From: Paramecium tetraurelia
Taxonomy: Eukaryota
DNA length: 64,000 nt
Reading direction: 5' to 3'
NCBI GenBank assembly: GCA_000165425.1
Contig: CT868672.1
Span: 1-64,000, forward strand
A program made the position numbers and the translations under genes. Every line of letters begins with the position of its first letter. The first letter of the stretch is position 1. The notes beneath the pieces were generated by a model. It saw only the letters and a list, made by a program, of their open reading frames with translations, had not been told where the DNA came from and searched no databases. Shown here one piece after another: positions 27,164-39,602 of the stretch.

Positions 27164-28445
27164 TCATTAAAATAAGTGAGATAATATAGAATCGCATTGT
27201 AGTATATCCTATACGATAGGCTTGTATTGTTAACAATTTACTTTTTGTTACAATATTTATCGAAGAAGATGAACAAACTCTAAATAACATAATTTAAATA
27301 AAATACATGCATCTGATTTTGAATTTATTAGATCGATCATCTTTTAGTCTCTAATCATATAGAAATTAGTAGAGTTTTGGATAGATATGAGTTATTGGTT
27401 GATTTATGATTGAGCATTTGGATTCATTTTGAATTGGGTTGAGAGGATTTTCAAAATTGCCCATCGAAGACAAATGTCATTAACCTTAGTCTCAAAATGT
27501 TGTAAGTTTTATGCAAAATTGCTTAAGAAGTTAAATTCTGATTAGGAAATGATTTGAGTATTTTAATCGGTTGAAATCATTGACAATAATTATTCAACAG
27601 TGAATCTCGTCTTAGGATTTGGATCAAGCATTCCTTTAAGCAAGGGAATGAATATCGATTAAGGTATTCTTAAGACTGGATTATTGACATAATTTTGTAT
27701 TATTTTCTTTAACTCTGATTCTTTGCCATGATAAAATGGTACGTTCCCGTATATAAGTTCATACATAGTAATTCCGACAGACCAAATATCAGACTAAAAG
27801 CTGTACACGTCGTTGATCAATGATTCCGGTGCCATATAGAGTGGAGTGCCAAATGACGATTTTTATAACTCCAAAGAATTGATATTTACACTAAAACCAA
27901 AATCAGCAAGTTTAGGTATACAATTATGCATCATAATATTTGGAGGCTTGATGTCTCTGTGTATGATATCTATTGATTTTAAATTATATTTACTCCTAGA
28001 TTTTAGTTCCTTTAATGCCTACAGTAATTGATGGAAGATCCTTAACAATTATTAATCTGATCGATTCTTTACGAATCTCAACTCTCCTTCGTTACAGTAT
28101 TCAGTTACGATGTATTGATTGTTTGGAGTGTAAATGTAGTTGATATACTATAAGATGTAAGGAGAATTGAGCTTCTTTAATGATTCAATTTCATTACTCA
28201 ACATTTGTCTTGAGAAATTTGAATTCAATTTCGAATTCTCAATAACCTAATCATATTGTAACAAACTCTATTACCTTAATTGCTACTTCTTATCCAGATC
28301 TTCTGTCTTGCCCTTTAAATACAGAACTGTATTCTCCTTAACCTAAACAGTCTTCTAAATGATATTCGAAATCATTTATGATTTTTTTTGGCGACGATTT
28401 GCCGTGCTGTTATATATTTTTTGGAGATAACAAGATTTCTAACAT
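27164..28445 (-). CDS. Ser/Thr protein kinase (ULK/Atg1-like ciliate expansion)
   Basis: LGQGEYSSVFKG, VAIK, TEYCNEG, IIHRDIKPPN, KLADFGF, GTPLYMAPE. Confidence 0.9.
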
Positions 28446-29359
28446 TAAAGTTTTAAATTTTTATTTATAATTATTTACCATTTTGATGACATTTTAATTA
28501 AAAATGAATCAACCCCTTCGATCTTCTATCCAAATCAATCAATCTACTGATAAGCTACTGACTTTATATAAAAAACATCATTGAACATTAAGTGTTCCAT
28601 ATCTAGTACACCTTTACCTGAAAAATTAAGCTGAACTTGGTTTTTGATCAGTGTATTTTGACTCATTTAAAATATGGCTCATATTTTTAGGGGTAAAATA
28701 GCATCTACCTAATTTATATAACTTTCTGATATTCCAATTAGAAATATGATCTAAACATAAATAAACGACACAATATTTTTATTCATTTTTTATAAACTAA
28801 TTCATACTTTAATTTTTTTCAATGGCAACATCATTCTTGTCCATATAACCTATTTAAATTGATTTGGTAGAAAGAGATTTTTGTTCCCTATTCAAAGATG
28901 CAAAAATTTAATATCTTATTTTAACTATTTTTTGATTAACTTAGGCAAGGTTTTTTTAAAACTCGATTAAGGAATAAGAATCAACAGTTATAAATAATCT
29001 TTAATAAAGTTTAATGTTAACAAATTTATGGAAAGAACGATCAAATAACCAAAGTAAAGCATTTGTCTTTTAGTTTCATTAAAATGAATTCACATATTTA
29101 CAATGAATTAATTTTTTTTGGACGCTATTATTTATAATTAATAAAGTGTCAAATAAGATTAACAGAGATAGTCAATCTAAAGAAGCAATATAAAATTAGG
29201 AGTTAAAATAATAAACTACAAAGATTTGTAATATTCAAAGTAAATAGCCATATGTTTATTTATCATAACAGAAAGAAATAAACTTGGCTCTTTTTGAAAG
29301 ACATCAAATTTTAGGAAAATTTTAAATTTATTCGTTTTTATTTGAAACAATAATTTGAA

Positions 29360-29816
29360 TCACTTTTATATTACAAAATATTATATTTCAAATTATCTTA
29401 TTGATGACAATATATATTAATGTATATCACTAATTTGATGCCAAGGGCTTAAATAATTCCCTTTATCCTCTTTTTAATGAATTGGAAAATTTAACTTTTT
29501 TCCCAAAAAGAGTTTATTTGCTTTATTTATTTTAATTGACTTAATTCAGCCTTTCCTTAGTTAAATTCGATTATCCATATTAGATATCTGAATTGGAACC
29601 TTGATTACTACTACAAAAACAAAGTTTTGGTGGAGGAGAGTAACTTTTTTGATTTGATTCAACTTCATTTTATGCAATTTTCGCATCCCAAAATGTAATG
29701 GTTTTACATCTTTTATGTTATTTTATTTTATTTATTATTGGAATGGGAGTAACTCCAGTTGACTATTTTGAATAATATGGGGATTTCTTAATACTTTTCG
29801 AATCACATATGCCCAT
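29360..29816 (-). CDS. hypothetical protein with MGxC N-terminus
   Basis: MGICDSKSIKKSPYYSKQ..., open frame of ~150 codons to a TGA near 29360. Confidence 0.55.
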
Positions 29817-29970
29817 TTATATCAAAACTTAATTGAAATTAATATAATATTCTAATTAGTTAAGAATGAAGACATTTCCACTACCTAAATATAGATCATG
29901 TTGAAGAAGTATAAAAACAACAATTTAGAATAATTAATTATTTTGATTTGAATATAAACATAAAACTCCT

Positions 29971-30450
29971 TCATTATTGTTTGAAACTAATTTCATAATC
30001 TTGGAACCCATTCTTTTTTGCTTCTTCTAAATATTTATATAGTAATGGCCTTGACACGTTATCAATATATAAGGATGTTAAATATGTGTACATAAAAGTA
30101 ACACCAGAAGCAACTAGCAATCCCAAATATAAATGCTTATAGTGATTGAGATGTTCATATGTAGTAGTGTAGTATGGTTTCATAACATATTTTAAAAGCA
30201 ATTGAAAACCTCCTATGGTCCCTAATAATGTCCCTCCTAGACCAAATGCAAAATAGGCAGAATATTTGGAGATTCTAAATTAATCATCCTCCTCCAAATG
30301 GACATACTGTTTGACTGAATTGAATTTATAAAATATTTTTGATTCATACGGGTGATCTATAAAGTTATTACCATAAGGATTCAAAGGATGATTCTCACTC
30401 ATAAATGGTGTTTATGATCTTAGAGCATTATTATTATTATTTTTATTCAT
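29971..30450 (-). CDS. small two-TM membrane protein, function unknown
   Basis: Intronless ORF MNKNNNNNALRSQTPFMSENHPLNPYG..FAFGLGGTLLGTIGGF..LYLGLLVASGVTFMY..GFQDYEISFKQQ then TGA. Confidence 0.8.
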
Positions 30451-30496
30451 AATAAAAATATTAATAATGACAATAAATCTATGAAAATAACTGATC

Positions 30497-30781
30497 TCAT
30501 GATTCGATTTCTGTATGTACAAGCAAAGTTAAATGAGTATCTGAAGTAATTTCATACTCTTTCAACTCCGCCTCGTCATCTAACAATGTTTTTTCAAGAA
30601 ATAATGAAGATCTCTCTGATTCAATGCCACATTTTGTTTTAACCTCCTCTATTTTCATGTTGGGCTTAGCTTTAATGTAATACATATTGTGATTTTAGTC
30701 TTGTATTGTTAACATCAATAGTTATCGTTCTTTACGAGATCCACAAAGCAAGCAAAAAAAGGTTCTGAGAATGCTAATCAT
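30497..30781 (-). CDS. ubiquitin-like domain protein lacking C-terminal GG
   Basis: MISILRTFFCLLCG..KPNMKIEEVKTK..LFLEKTLLDDEAELKEYEITSDTHLTLLVH, parallel to the ubiquitin LEDGRTLSDYNI..TLHLV pattern. Confidence 0.75.
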
Positions 30782-31204
30782 TAAGAAATTATTATTATTA
30801 TTAATCTGAACTCCTCATCAATACCATTTTTGATAAATAATTCAATAAAAATCTGAGGATTACAAGAAAAAATAACTATATTCGTTATGGCGTTTTGAGT
30901 ATTAAAATATTAATAATGAAATTTGCAATGCAATACATTTTATTTATTGAAGAAGAAATAGTTAAAAGCAAAAATATATTTATATAAAGAGCATTAAGTA
31001 AAAGTATAGTGGAATAGAGAAATCATTTTAATTATGACTTTCTTCGTTTATCAATGAATGCAATTACAATTAACTAATAAATAGGGTTCTGAAAAAACAG
31101 CTGATTAGATTAGACATAAAAACAACGAAGTTATTTAGCAGTAGCATTGGTAACAAAATAGTTCTGAAATTATTTATTTGAGTGTTTGGATATATTATAA
31201 ACAA

Positions 31205-31736
31205 TCAGAGTTACTTCTTTATGGACTATAGTTTCTTCTATTTCTATTTATCTTTCTACACCGATCTTAATTGTTTCTTAGATTTCTTAAGTTCATGCTC
31301 AATTTCCTTTTTCCTAAAGACATCCTATTTTTAATTTGGTTTGTTACTTCATATGCATCTGACTTGGTAGCCTCAATGATAGGAGGAATAATTGAATCTC
31401 TCTTTTTTAATTTTCTCAAGGCCCAATCCTTTTTATTTTCATCCCAAACCATTCGACTATAAAATTTAAATTATGGACAAAATACTTTTTTTTCTTTTTA
31501 GCAAATTTACTATCCTTTACTTTTTAAATATATGTCTGCTATCTTGGTAGAATAATATTCTCTTTATCGTATGGAAGATCAGTTTCCTATTAGCCTTCAA
31601 TTAATCTTTGCGACACATATTTCAGCTACTCTGAGACCTTATCCGCAATAATGTCAAAATCGTATTGTTCTACTGTCTCCAAGGCTGTTAAAGTAAGCTT
31701 CGGTTTATCAAATAAGATGTTAATATTTGAGGTCAT
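31205..31736 (-). CDS. probable divergent ribosome biogenesis regulator Rrs1
   Basis: ILPRQ..SKFAKKKK/SRMVWDENKKDWA resembles Rrs1 LPR..KFA..KKKK..VWDE...W; basic C-terminus. Confidence 0.6.
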
Positions 31737-31764
31737 TTTAGGACTTAAATAAATAATAAATAAA

Positions 31765-32021
31765 ATGAATATAAAGTTAATTTTCATATTTTTAGTGTTA
31801 CTTACACAAGGAGCTTTCGGTATATAAATATAATAGGAAAAGGTGTGGTAACCAAGGTGACAGAATGCTAGGCTAAATGTGATAAATAAGTGAATGGATG
31901 CATCTACTCATGCGCATAAACATAGTTGCGATAATCATTACTCACTTAAGAAAGATGTTAAAAATTATGCGCAGGAGTAAATAAGGAATGCAAAAATACA
32001 AAATGCTACTTAGATCCTTGA
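31765..32021 (+). CDS. small secreted Cys-rich peptide (77 aa, 8 Cys)
   Basis: MNIKLIFIFLVLLTQGAFG/VVTKVTECQAKCDKQVNGCIYSCAQTQLRQSLLTQERCQKLCAGVNKECKNTKCYLDP; 23-nt intron 31820-31842. Confidence 0.75.
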
Positions 32022-32756
32022 CTAGTTGTTTAACATGTTTTAAAAAACGTATTATATATATTCTCTAACCCCTTTAATCTCTTATTAATTTATTGCCTCA
32101 ACCAAAAAGGTGGAAAATACACCAATTTTATATGATTTTCCCTTTAAACACACTAAATTTGTACTAATACACAAATTAAATCCTAAATAACATGCTTTTA
32201 TTTCTATTGATACATATTTTAAATACTGATCTATTGCAAGTCTAAATAATTAAATTTTTCAGCAGAATCGTAAACATTCATATTCAGAATAGTCTGAGAA
32301 TTTTTTACAACAATTTATTCATTCCAACATTGTGACTCATCTAAATCTGTCCACATCATTTAGTAATTAAAATTAACTCATGCAATTCAATTACCACATT
32401 ATTTTTCTATAAACAATTATTTATATATGCTTATTTTTTTCAATTCTTCCCTTACTTTAAAACCAACATTAATAACAGAGAGATACTAATAATATAAGAA
32501 AGATTTAATAATTGAAGGTTTGTTTGAATTAAATAAGGGCTTTTAAAAGCTTATATATCGATCAAAGTCCTCTAATTGCTTCTGGACAAATTGTCACAGC
32601 TGAATGTTTAGAAGGTATAGGAGCTCTTAGGGTTCAGATTTGAATTTATTAAAAAGCATATTCCTGCTGATGTTTATTCAAAGGCTTATTACTACGCTCT
32701 ATATAGCTGACACAGCTTTATAAAATGTAGCATTAAACAACAATTTATTCTATTTG

Positions 32757-33074
32757 TTTTTGAGAGATATAAAGTATTAAAATAGAGAGCTTAGCTCAGT
32801 TGGTAGAGCGAGAGACTCCATATCTTTCGGTCATGTGTTCGATCCACATAGCTCTTCTTTTTTTATATTATTATAGTATTAAATTATATATTTATGTACA
32901 ACAGTAGTATTCAAAATACAATAATAATACCCTTTTTATTATTAATAAACACTTATATATATATATTTATTCATTTAACTCATTTTTAAATCATAATCCA
33001 CTTTAACTAATATAATATAATAATCCAACAATTATAATAATTCACCTACCTCTTTATTCTACACGATTATTTTG
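32757..33074 (+). repeat. copy 1 of ~320-bp inverted duplication (tRNA plus flanks)
   Basis: Near-identical to the reverse complement of 42511-42832. Confidence 0.95.
32785..32857 (+). tRNA. tRNA-Trp(CCA), atypical
   Basis: Cloverleaf: GAGAGCT/AGCTCTT acceptor, GCTC/GAGC D stem, AGAGA-CTCCATA-TCTTT anticodon arm, ATGTG-TTCGATC-CACAT T arm; T7 run (Pol III terminator) follows. Confidence 0.85.
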
Positions 33075-33490
33075 GCTAAGACTCATTTAAAACATAACAT
33101 ATAAAAATTTGGTTCAATTCCTTTTGCAATATAATTCTTTTCAATGAGTTTTCGACTTCAAAGTGTTTACTAATTTCTTTTAACAACACCAATAACAAAG
33201 AAAGGATCATTTACTATTTGGGTCTTAACATTTTAAGAAGGTATAGACTAATAGCATAAATAAAAAGGGAAGAATTGATTAATTTCAGAAATAGTCGCCT
33301 TTTATTCAATAGGGAATTAAATGAAGAGTAGACATCCAATTAATAATTTGGACAAGAAGAAGAATATAAATGACTTTTAATCAAAACTAAATTAAAATTA
33401 ACAACAAAGAAATAGTTTTATTGAAATCTAATTATACACTTTATGTTATGTTATAAGTAAAATAAATAACTCTATAAAACAATTTTAAGT

Positions 33491-33694
33491 TCATTATGCA
33501 CTAGTCAAGGTTGTACTTCCTTTTAACCGACGATTTAAAATTGGATTTTTGTATGCATTATAGGGGATATCAATAGACGTTCTCTAGTTCAAAATTTCTT
33601 CTGGGCAAGGAGAAGTCCTCATTTATTTTACTACATAATCTAGTTCCCCTTCCTTTGCTTGCTTTTCTTTCTTGTTACTCATGCAAATTCCCAT
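33491..33694 (-). CDS. 67-aa MGxC microprotein (paralog of 34178-34393)
   Basis: MGICMSNKKEKQAKEGELDYVVKQMRTSPCPEEILNQRTSIDIPYNAYKNPILNRRLKGSTTLTSAQ then TGA. Confidence 0.8.
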
Positions 33695-34177
33695 TTAAGA
33701 ATTATTTTAATTTTTTTAATTGGGTATTAACGAAAGAATATTTGTAAGAAAAAAATGCCAAATAAACGCAATTTACTTTTTGTTAAATCTAATAAATAGG
33801 GCAGGTCTAATTCAATCATATTTTTTTTAAAATATCCTCTCTTTTTAAAGTCTTTTACAATAATATATAAAATGATAATCAACTTATTCTTATCTAATGT
33901 AGTTAGCCTTTATTAGAGTAGGAATAAGAATGTAGTCTAAAAATAGTAAAATTGTTAGTAAATAATAATAAAATTAAATAACTATTAATATTTTTCTTTA
34001 TTACCTTACTCTTTTGGAACATTACCTCAAATCATGACTGTTAATAATTATTTCATAACAAAACCTTTTATATTATTTAATATGGAATTAATTAATTAAT
34101 AAAAATATATATTTTACAGAGATTAATGTAATTTTATACCACTTATAACGTAAATAAATCAATTAAGGAACATTATC

Positions 34178-34393
34178 TCATTCTGATTAAGTTTATGGAT
34201 TTGGTGAGGTTGGAATTTCTTTCAATCTCCTGTTGAGGATTGGATTTTTATAAGGATTTAAATGGGAGGATTAGCTTGCTCTCTGTTACAAGATTATATT
34301 GCAGTCTTGAGATAGTCTAACTTGTGCTACAACTTATTATAATTGACCATCATTTGTCGATTTTTTCTATTTTTGAGCAGCACAAGTTCCCAT
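34178..34393 (-). CDS. 71-aa MGxC microprotein (paralog of 33491-33694)
   Basis: MGTCAAQKQKKSTNDGQLQQVVAQVRLSQDCNIILQQRASQSSHLNPYKNPILNRRLKEIPTSPNPQTQSE then TGA. Confidence 0.8.
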
Positions 34394-34515
34394 TTAAATA
34401 TTAATATTAAAGAAGATTTTGAGCATTTTGAGATATTTTTATAATTAATTACTTTTAGTCATTCAGACGCTTAGATTACATCAAAATAATATTCAATATT
34501 TCTTTATAATAATAA

Positions 34516-35773
34516 TCAATTTTTTCCATGAACAAAACTATAGAAGGCATCTTCATCATCTTTATTTTTAAATGGTCCTGCAATAAAATTTATTGTTAAA
34601 ACTTCAGAGAAACCTTCATCTTTAGTGGGTGGTGTAACTTTTGAAAAGATCATGTTGATGGGCATCTTTCCTACTTTTTTTGAAAAGTGCTCTCTAAAAT
34701 TATTAGTATCTCTTTAAGTATCATTATGAAGACATAAATCTTTAGAAACTTCTAAGAAAAAACCCCTAACTGGATATTTATTATCCTGAGCTAATTTTAT
34801 AAATGCTGCTCTATCATCTGGAGTTGGATTTGTGTTGTCAATTACTAAATATTTCTTTTCTTTAATTGCTTGCTCTGCAACTTTAAGGCATTTTTCTTTA
34901 GTTTTCAAAGAGTCTCTGTTAACTCTAGTATAATCATTTAAATGATTGTGAACAAAGGTTGATTTGCCAGATCCAGGTGCTCCTATCATGATGATCACTT
35001 AAAATATTGATACTATTTACTTTCTGGTTTGTCAGGTTTAGTAAATTTATTAACTTTGCTTTCCTTAAATAAGAATCCCTCCTTAGGAATGCTCTTTGGA
35101 TTGAATCCTAGTTATTTCGAATAATCTTCATTTAGATCATCCTTTAGGAATAATTGCTCTGGAGTTCTAAATATCAGTCCTAAATTTAAAGCAAATTTCC
35201 TAAAATAATCATTTCAAAAATATATACAAGTCGGTATCTGTAAAGTCTTTAGTTTTTCCTTTAACTCTTCCTGCAGCATCTCCACAGTAAATACTTTTTG
35301 CCATATCTGCTTTAGTTCCAGTTAATTCCTAAAAGTCTTTCCACATATCTTAATTTAATTTTAATTAGTACCTACTCGAGGTTTTCTGTAGTTGTCATCA
35401 CTTGAAGCTATGAATGCAGCTAATGGAATTTTGAGTTCTTTTTATAAAGATTCAATTTTTGTTTTTATATCAGATTCTTTTGTGTGTCCCTTTTCAATAC
35501 CATTCTGGTTTGTAAATATTACTATAGAGTATCCTTGTTTAAAGTAATCTTAAATTGTGGGGATTACTTTTGGATTCCACCATTGCCAATCATTAGCATC
35601 CTTTGCAAATTTCTTTCCAGACTTAGTTTTAATCAAGGTTTCATCCATATCAAACCCTAAAACCAAAGGTTATGGTTTAAATTCCTAGTGTAAAACATTA
35701 CTAATACAATTGTCCCATAGATAAGAGTGCCTTTCTTATTCCAATCCCAATCTGAAGCTTTTTTTTATTTCAT
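34516..35773 (-). CDS. PNKP: bifunctional polynucleotide 5'-kinase/3'-phosphatase
   Basis: HAD motif FDMDETLIKTKSGKKFAKDANDW, IFTNQNGI, YCGDAAGR; P-loop GAPGSGKST, RVNRDSLK, VIDNTNP. Confidence 0.95.
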
Positions 35774-36118
35774 TTAAATAATAATAAATTTGTATCAGAA
35801 TTTGTTATAAGGCTCAAAAATTTCAATATTTATTTATGTATTCAATATATATTTATTTGATTATTGAACATTAAATAATGATCATGAGCAATCATTTTTC
35901 ATTCTCTATAAAATTGAATTGATCTAATACTCCTATTCTTAGACGATATTTAGAATTATAGCCAACAGAAATTTTGAAATGTTTAATGGGTGAAAAGATT
36001 GAAAAGTTAATTTTGGTATAAAATATACACCTATATCATATTGATGCTCTATCTCCAAACATAAGATGTATGAAATTATTTGATAATTCTTGATTTTATT
36101 TATTTATAAATTTCATGA

Positions 36119-36277
36119 TCATTTTGGGCTGCTCAGTTAATTCTTAACAGATTGTACATCTTTCAAAACTGGACACTTTAGGTTGGTATTTGCTTCAAAA
36201 TATGGTTGATTTCCATTTAAAAAATATACTGCTAATAATGCAGTGCTTCCACTTAAGATTGCTAGTATAGGCTTCAT
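36119..36277 (-). CDS. 52-aa microprotein with N-terminal hydrophobic segment
   Basis: MKPILAILSGSTALLAVYFLNGNQPYFEANTNLKCPVLKDVQSVKNQLSSPK then TGA; higher GC than flanks. Confidence 0.6.
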
Positions 36278-36800
36278 TATTTTATATTAAATAATTATAG
36301 TATTTTTAAATCGAAATAATAATCGAAACTATCTGCAAATATGTATATGCAATATAGATGTCAGAATTCTAACATTTTGAATTTACAACCAACCAATCTA
36401 TAATAGGATTTCATTATTAGGTGATGTCTAAATAATTCTTAAGAAAAAGTAAAAAAATCAGCAACATTTTTATAATAGTTTGTCAAATGCTATTATTAAT
36501 TAGGATATCATCATCAAGGGGGTCATAAAATATATTATTGAAGTATTATTATGTAAATTAAATGGAATTCAAAATAATAAAAATTATGAAATTCAATTTT
36601 ACATTAGAAAGAGAGAAAATTTTTCAATTATCAGTAATCGATTTTGAGGAAAAGATAATCCAATTTAGATTTAAACAAAAGAACAAGTAATCTGGTTTTC
36701 TTATTATATTTACAATAATGATAATACGAATTAAAATCACTAAAGATATTTATGGAAAAAAAGCAAAATATTTAGAAATAATTTTTATTGCTAATTAATA

Positions 36801-37698
36801 ATGTCTGCATCTAAAATCTTTTATTCGCCTTCACGTTCTAACGTTTCAAATGTTTAAGCTTATGGAGGAGACAGAGCTTTGTCACCCAGCAGAGCCAAAA
36901 TCTCTTAATTATCAGAAAAATTATCTAATCTATAGCATTCAATTGACGAAGATTAGGCCGTAATAATTTATAACTAAGAATAAATAGTTTAAAAAGGAGA
37001 CATTCGAGAGCAAAGTAAAGATATTGGAAGACAAGGCTACTAAATAAGCTTAGGCAGACGACTCAAAATTTAAGTTATTGAAGGAATAACTTTAAAAAGT
37101 TGAAGAAGGAGCTTAGAATGAGAAAATAATAAGAGAAGTAATTATCAATTATTATGCATAGGCTGGAGATGAGAAATTGAGATCTAAAGATTTGAAGAGT
37201 TTGGAAGGCTTCTTAAACAGGGAACTATAATAAGAAAAAGTAAACAGGAAGGATTTCGAAGGGAAAATAATCAAGAATACTGATGATAAAGTTTATAGCT
37301 TGAGATTGGATTTAGCTAGATAGAAAAAGTATAGAGAGGAAACAGAAGAGAAAAACGCTTAAGAAATTGGGGATCGAGTGTTGTAATTGTAAGAGGAAGT
37401 TGAAGAGGAGAGAAGACAAAGGTAATTTTTATTTTTCTATTCATATAGAGAATAATAAAACCAAGATACTATCAAAAGATTAGGGGACTCCATTCTCAAA
37501 TTATAAGAGATCTTAACTACTGAGAAGAAATAAAGAGAACAAGCCTAAAGTTAAATGTTCAGAATGTTAGATGAAATGAATCACTATTTAAATGGTGAAT
37601 TATAAAGTGAGAAAAATGAAAGAGAAGCAACTGAAGAGAGTCTTATCAACTTAATTGATTAAACATGCAACAGAGTTGAAAATTCATTAAGAAAATGA
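36801..37698 (+). CDS. SF-assemblin-like striated rootlet (kinetodesmal fibre) protein
   Basis: Short Ser/Pro head MSASKIFYSPSRS..ALSPSRAKISQLSEKL, long coiled coil ending EREATEESLINLIDQTCNRVENSLRK. Confidence 0.85.
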
Positions 37699-37869
37699 GA
37701 TATTAATACATTTATTTTTATAGTATTAAATAATATTAATCAAACAATCCATCTTTTTTATTGCTTATACTAATATTGTTAGAAATTATTAGATAAAAAA
37801 AAGAATAAATTAAAGTTAGATGCAAATTATTAAATAAAAATAAAATTGATTATGCATGGACAACAAATT

Positions 37870-39602
37870 TCATTCTTTTTTATTGGTATATTTTAATAAT
37901 GGATTATCTTATTATTACATTTATTGGGGAATATTTCTAAAAATATAAATGGTTTTTATTTACTATTTAAAGCGAGAAGGTTTAATCTAAGGGGAAGCTT
38001 AGAAAGTGTTTTGTTATTTAGCTTATGGAAGTCCAATATTAGGGATAGAATCAACACTGTCCGTTTTTCCAGTAAATAATGGGGAGTTCATTTGTAACGA
38101 GTTCTAGGAATCAATATTTTTTTATTATTTCAATTGCTTTGTTGCTAGCACTCCAGGGGAAGACTAGGGAGAGTTAATTAGTTAATTCTTTCTCAAAGCA
38201 TCAAATTTAACGGATCTTTTATGAATACAATAAATACTCTTCGTTCAACGCATTCATTCTCGAACATAAATCATTTTCTTCCCCTTCCTCAATGAAATCA
38301 TTTTGATTATCCTCAAGCATTATTTAGTTCATTTCTTACAGAAATGGATGCAACAAGCATTGATTGGATGTTATCCTTTTTTAAGGATCCTTCTCAAGCA
38401 TTTTTTTTAATAGATCAATAGCAGAGATAGGAGCATTTTATAACTGCTTAATTGAAAAATCAACATTGGCTTCTCTGTTTTGTTTAACAACCGTTGCATA
38501 ACTTTTACCAGGAAACGGTGGTTTACCAGTTAATAATAAGTAAAATACTAAGCCAAGACTATAGATGTCACAAACTGAACTATAGTGACCTTTCATATCT
38601 TTCATGTTGATGACTTCTGGGGCAACATAGCCTGGGGTTCCACATCTGCAATATAAATAAACATGTTCATTTACATGTGTAGCTAAACCAAAATCAGCTA
38701 TTACCACCGAATCCATTTTTCTATTATTATGATTAATACAATACTTTGATTATTTAAATAAAATATTTTCTAATTTTAAATCTCTATGCATAATTTCTTT
38801 CTGATGCATTTAACACAATCCTTATAAGATTCCTACCAATATCTATTATATTTATTTTGTTGAAAGAATTGCCTTTTCCTTAATCAGATCATAGAGTGAG
38901 CCTCCTTGCAGCAATTCTAATCCGACATACAATGAATTGCTGGTTTCGTAGATTTCATACATTCTCATTAGATGAGGATGATTTAGTTTTCTCATGATTG
39001 TTAATTCATTTACAATAGCCTATTTTCCATTTTCCTCTGCATAAGCAGCTTATTTTGAAAAAGCCTTGATTGCCATTTAGACACCGTCTTCTATTCGTTC
39101 AGCCAAGTAAACCTAATGAGTTTATAAATAAAAGAGTACAGATGCAAAGTTGCCTTTTCCAATTTTTTTGAATACTCTAAAAAGTGAATGAAATTGCCAT
39201 TAATTGATTCTGGATTAAAAGAATTCCCTCCATTGCATTATTATTTTATCATTCCCTTACAATTTATAGGTCGGGTGTTCTGCTTAACCAAAATCTCTCA
39301 TCAACATCATTCCAACAATCTGACCAAGGGAATCATCTTCTTCATCCTTTTTGTTATATTTGTGTTCTTATGATTTCAAATTTTGTCTCGAAATCCAGTT
39401 TCAGATATTTGCAAGGTGTCTGATCATGAGACTTAAGAATAGGATAAAACTGGAATACTTTTGCAAGAAGAATGTAGTGATCGTATCCATACAAGACTCT
39501 AGGTTTGTTCTTTTTGAGTTTAATAAATTCAGATTTCAAGATGGGCTTTTCATTTTTCCACTTTATATCATTAGGAATTTGGATCCAAAGTTTTTAATTC
39601 AT
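37870..39602 (-). CDS. Ser/Thr kinase (CAMK-like) with N-terminal PH-like region
   Basis: IGKGNFAS/VY, MAIKAFSK, IMHRDLKLEN, IADFGLA, RCGTPGYVAPE, DPQKRITSNQCLLHPF. Confidence 0.92.

Noticed and set aside
28500..29350. Short ORF fragments here and in 32050-32750, 39610-40440, 42840-43300, 44580-45570, 58780-59420 and 63200-64000
   Set aside because: No recognisable domains or consistent intron-corrected frames; long TGA-free runs occur by chance with a single stop codon
32757..33074. tRNA-derived SINE
   Set aside because: Duplicated unit includes upstream flank, a T7 terminator directly follows the tRNA, and no poly(A) tail or target-site duplication is seen
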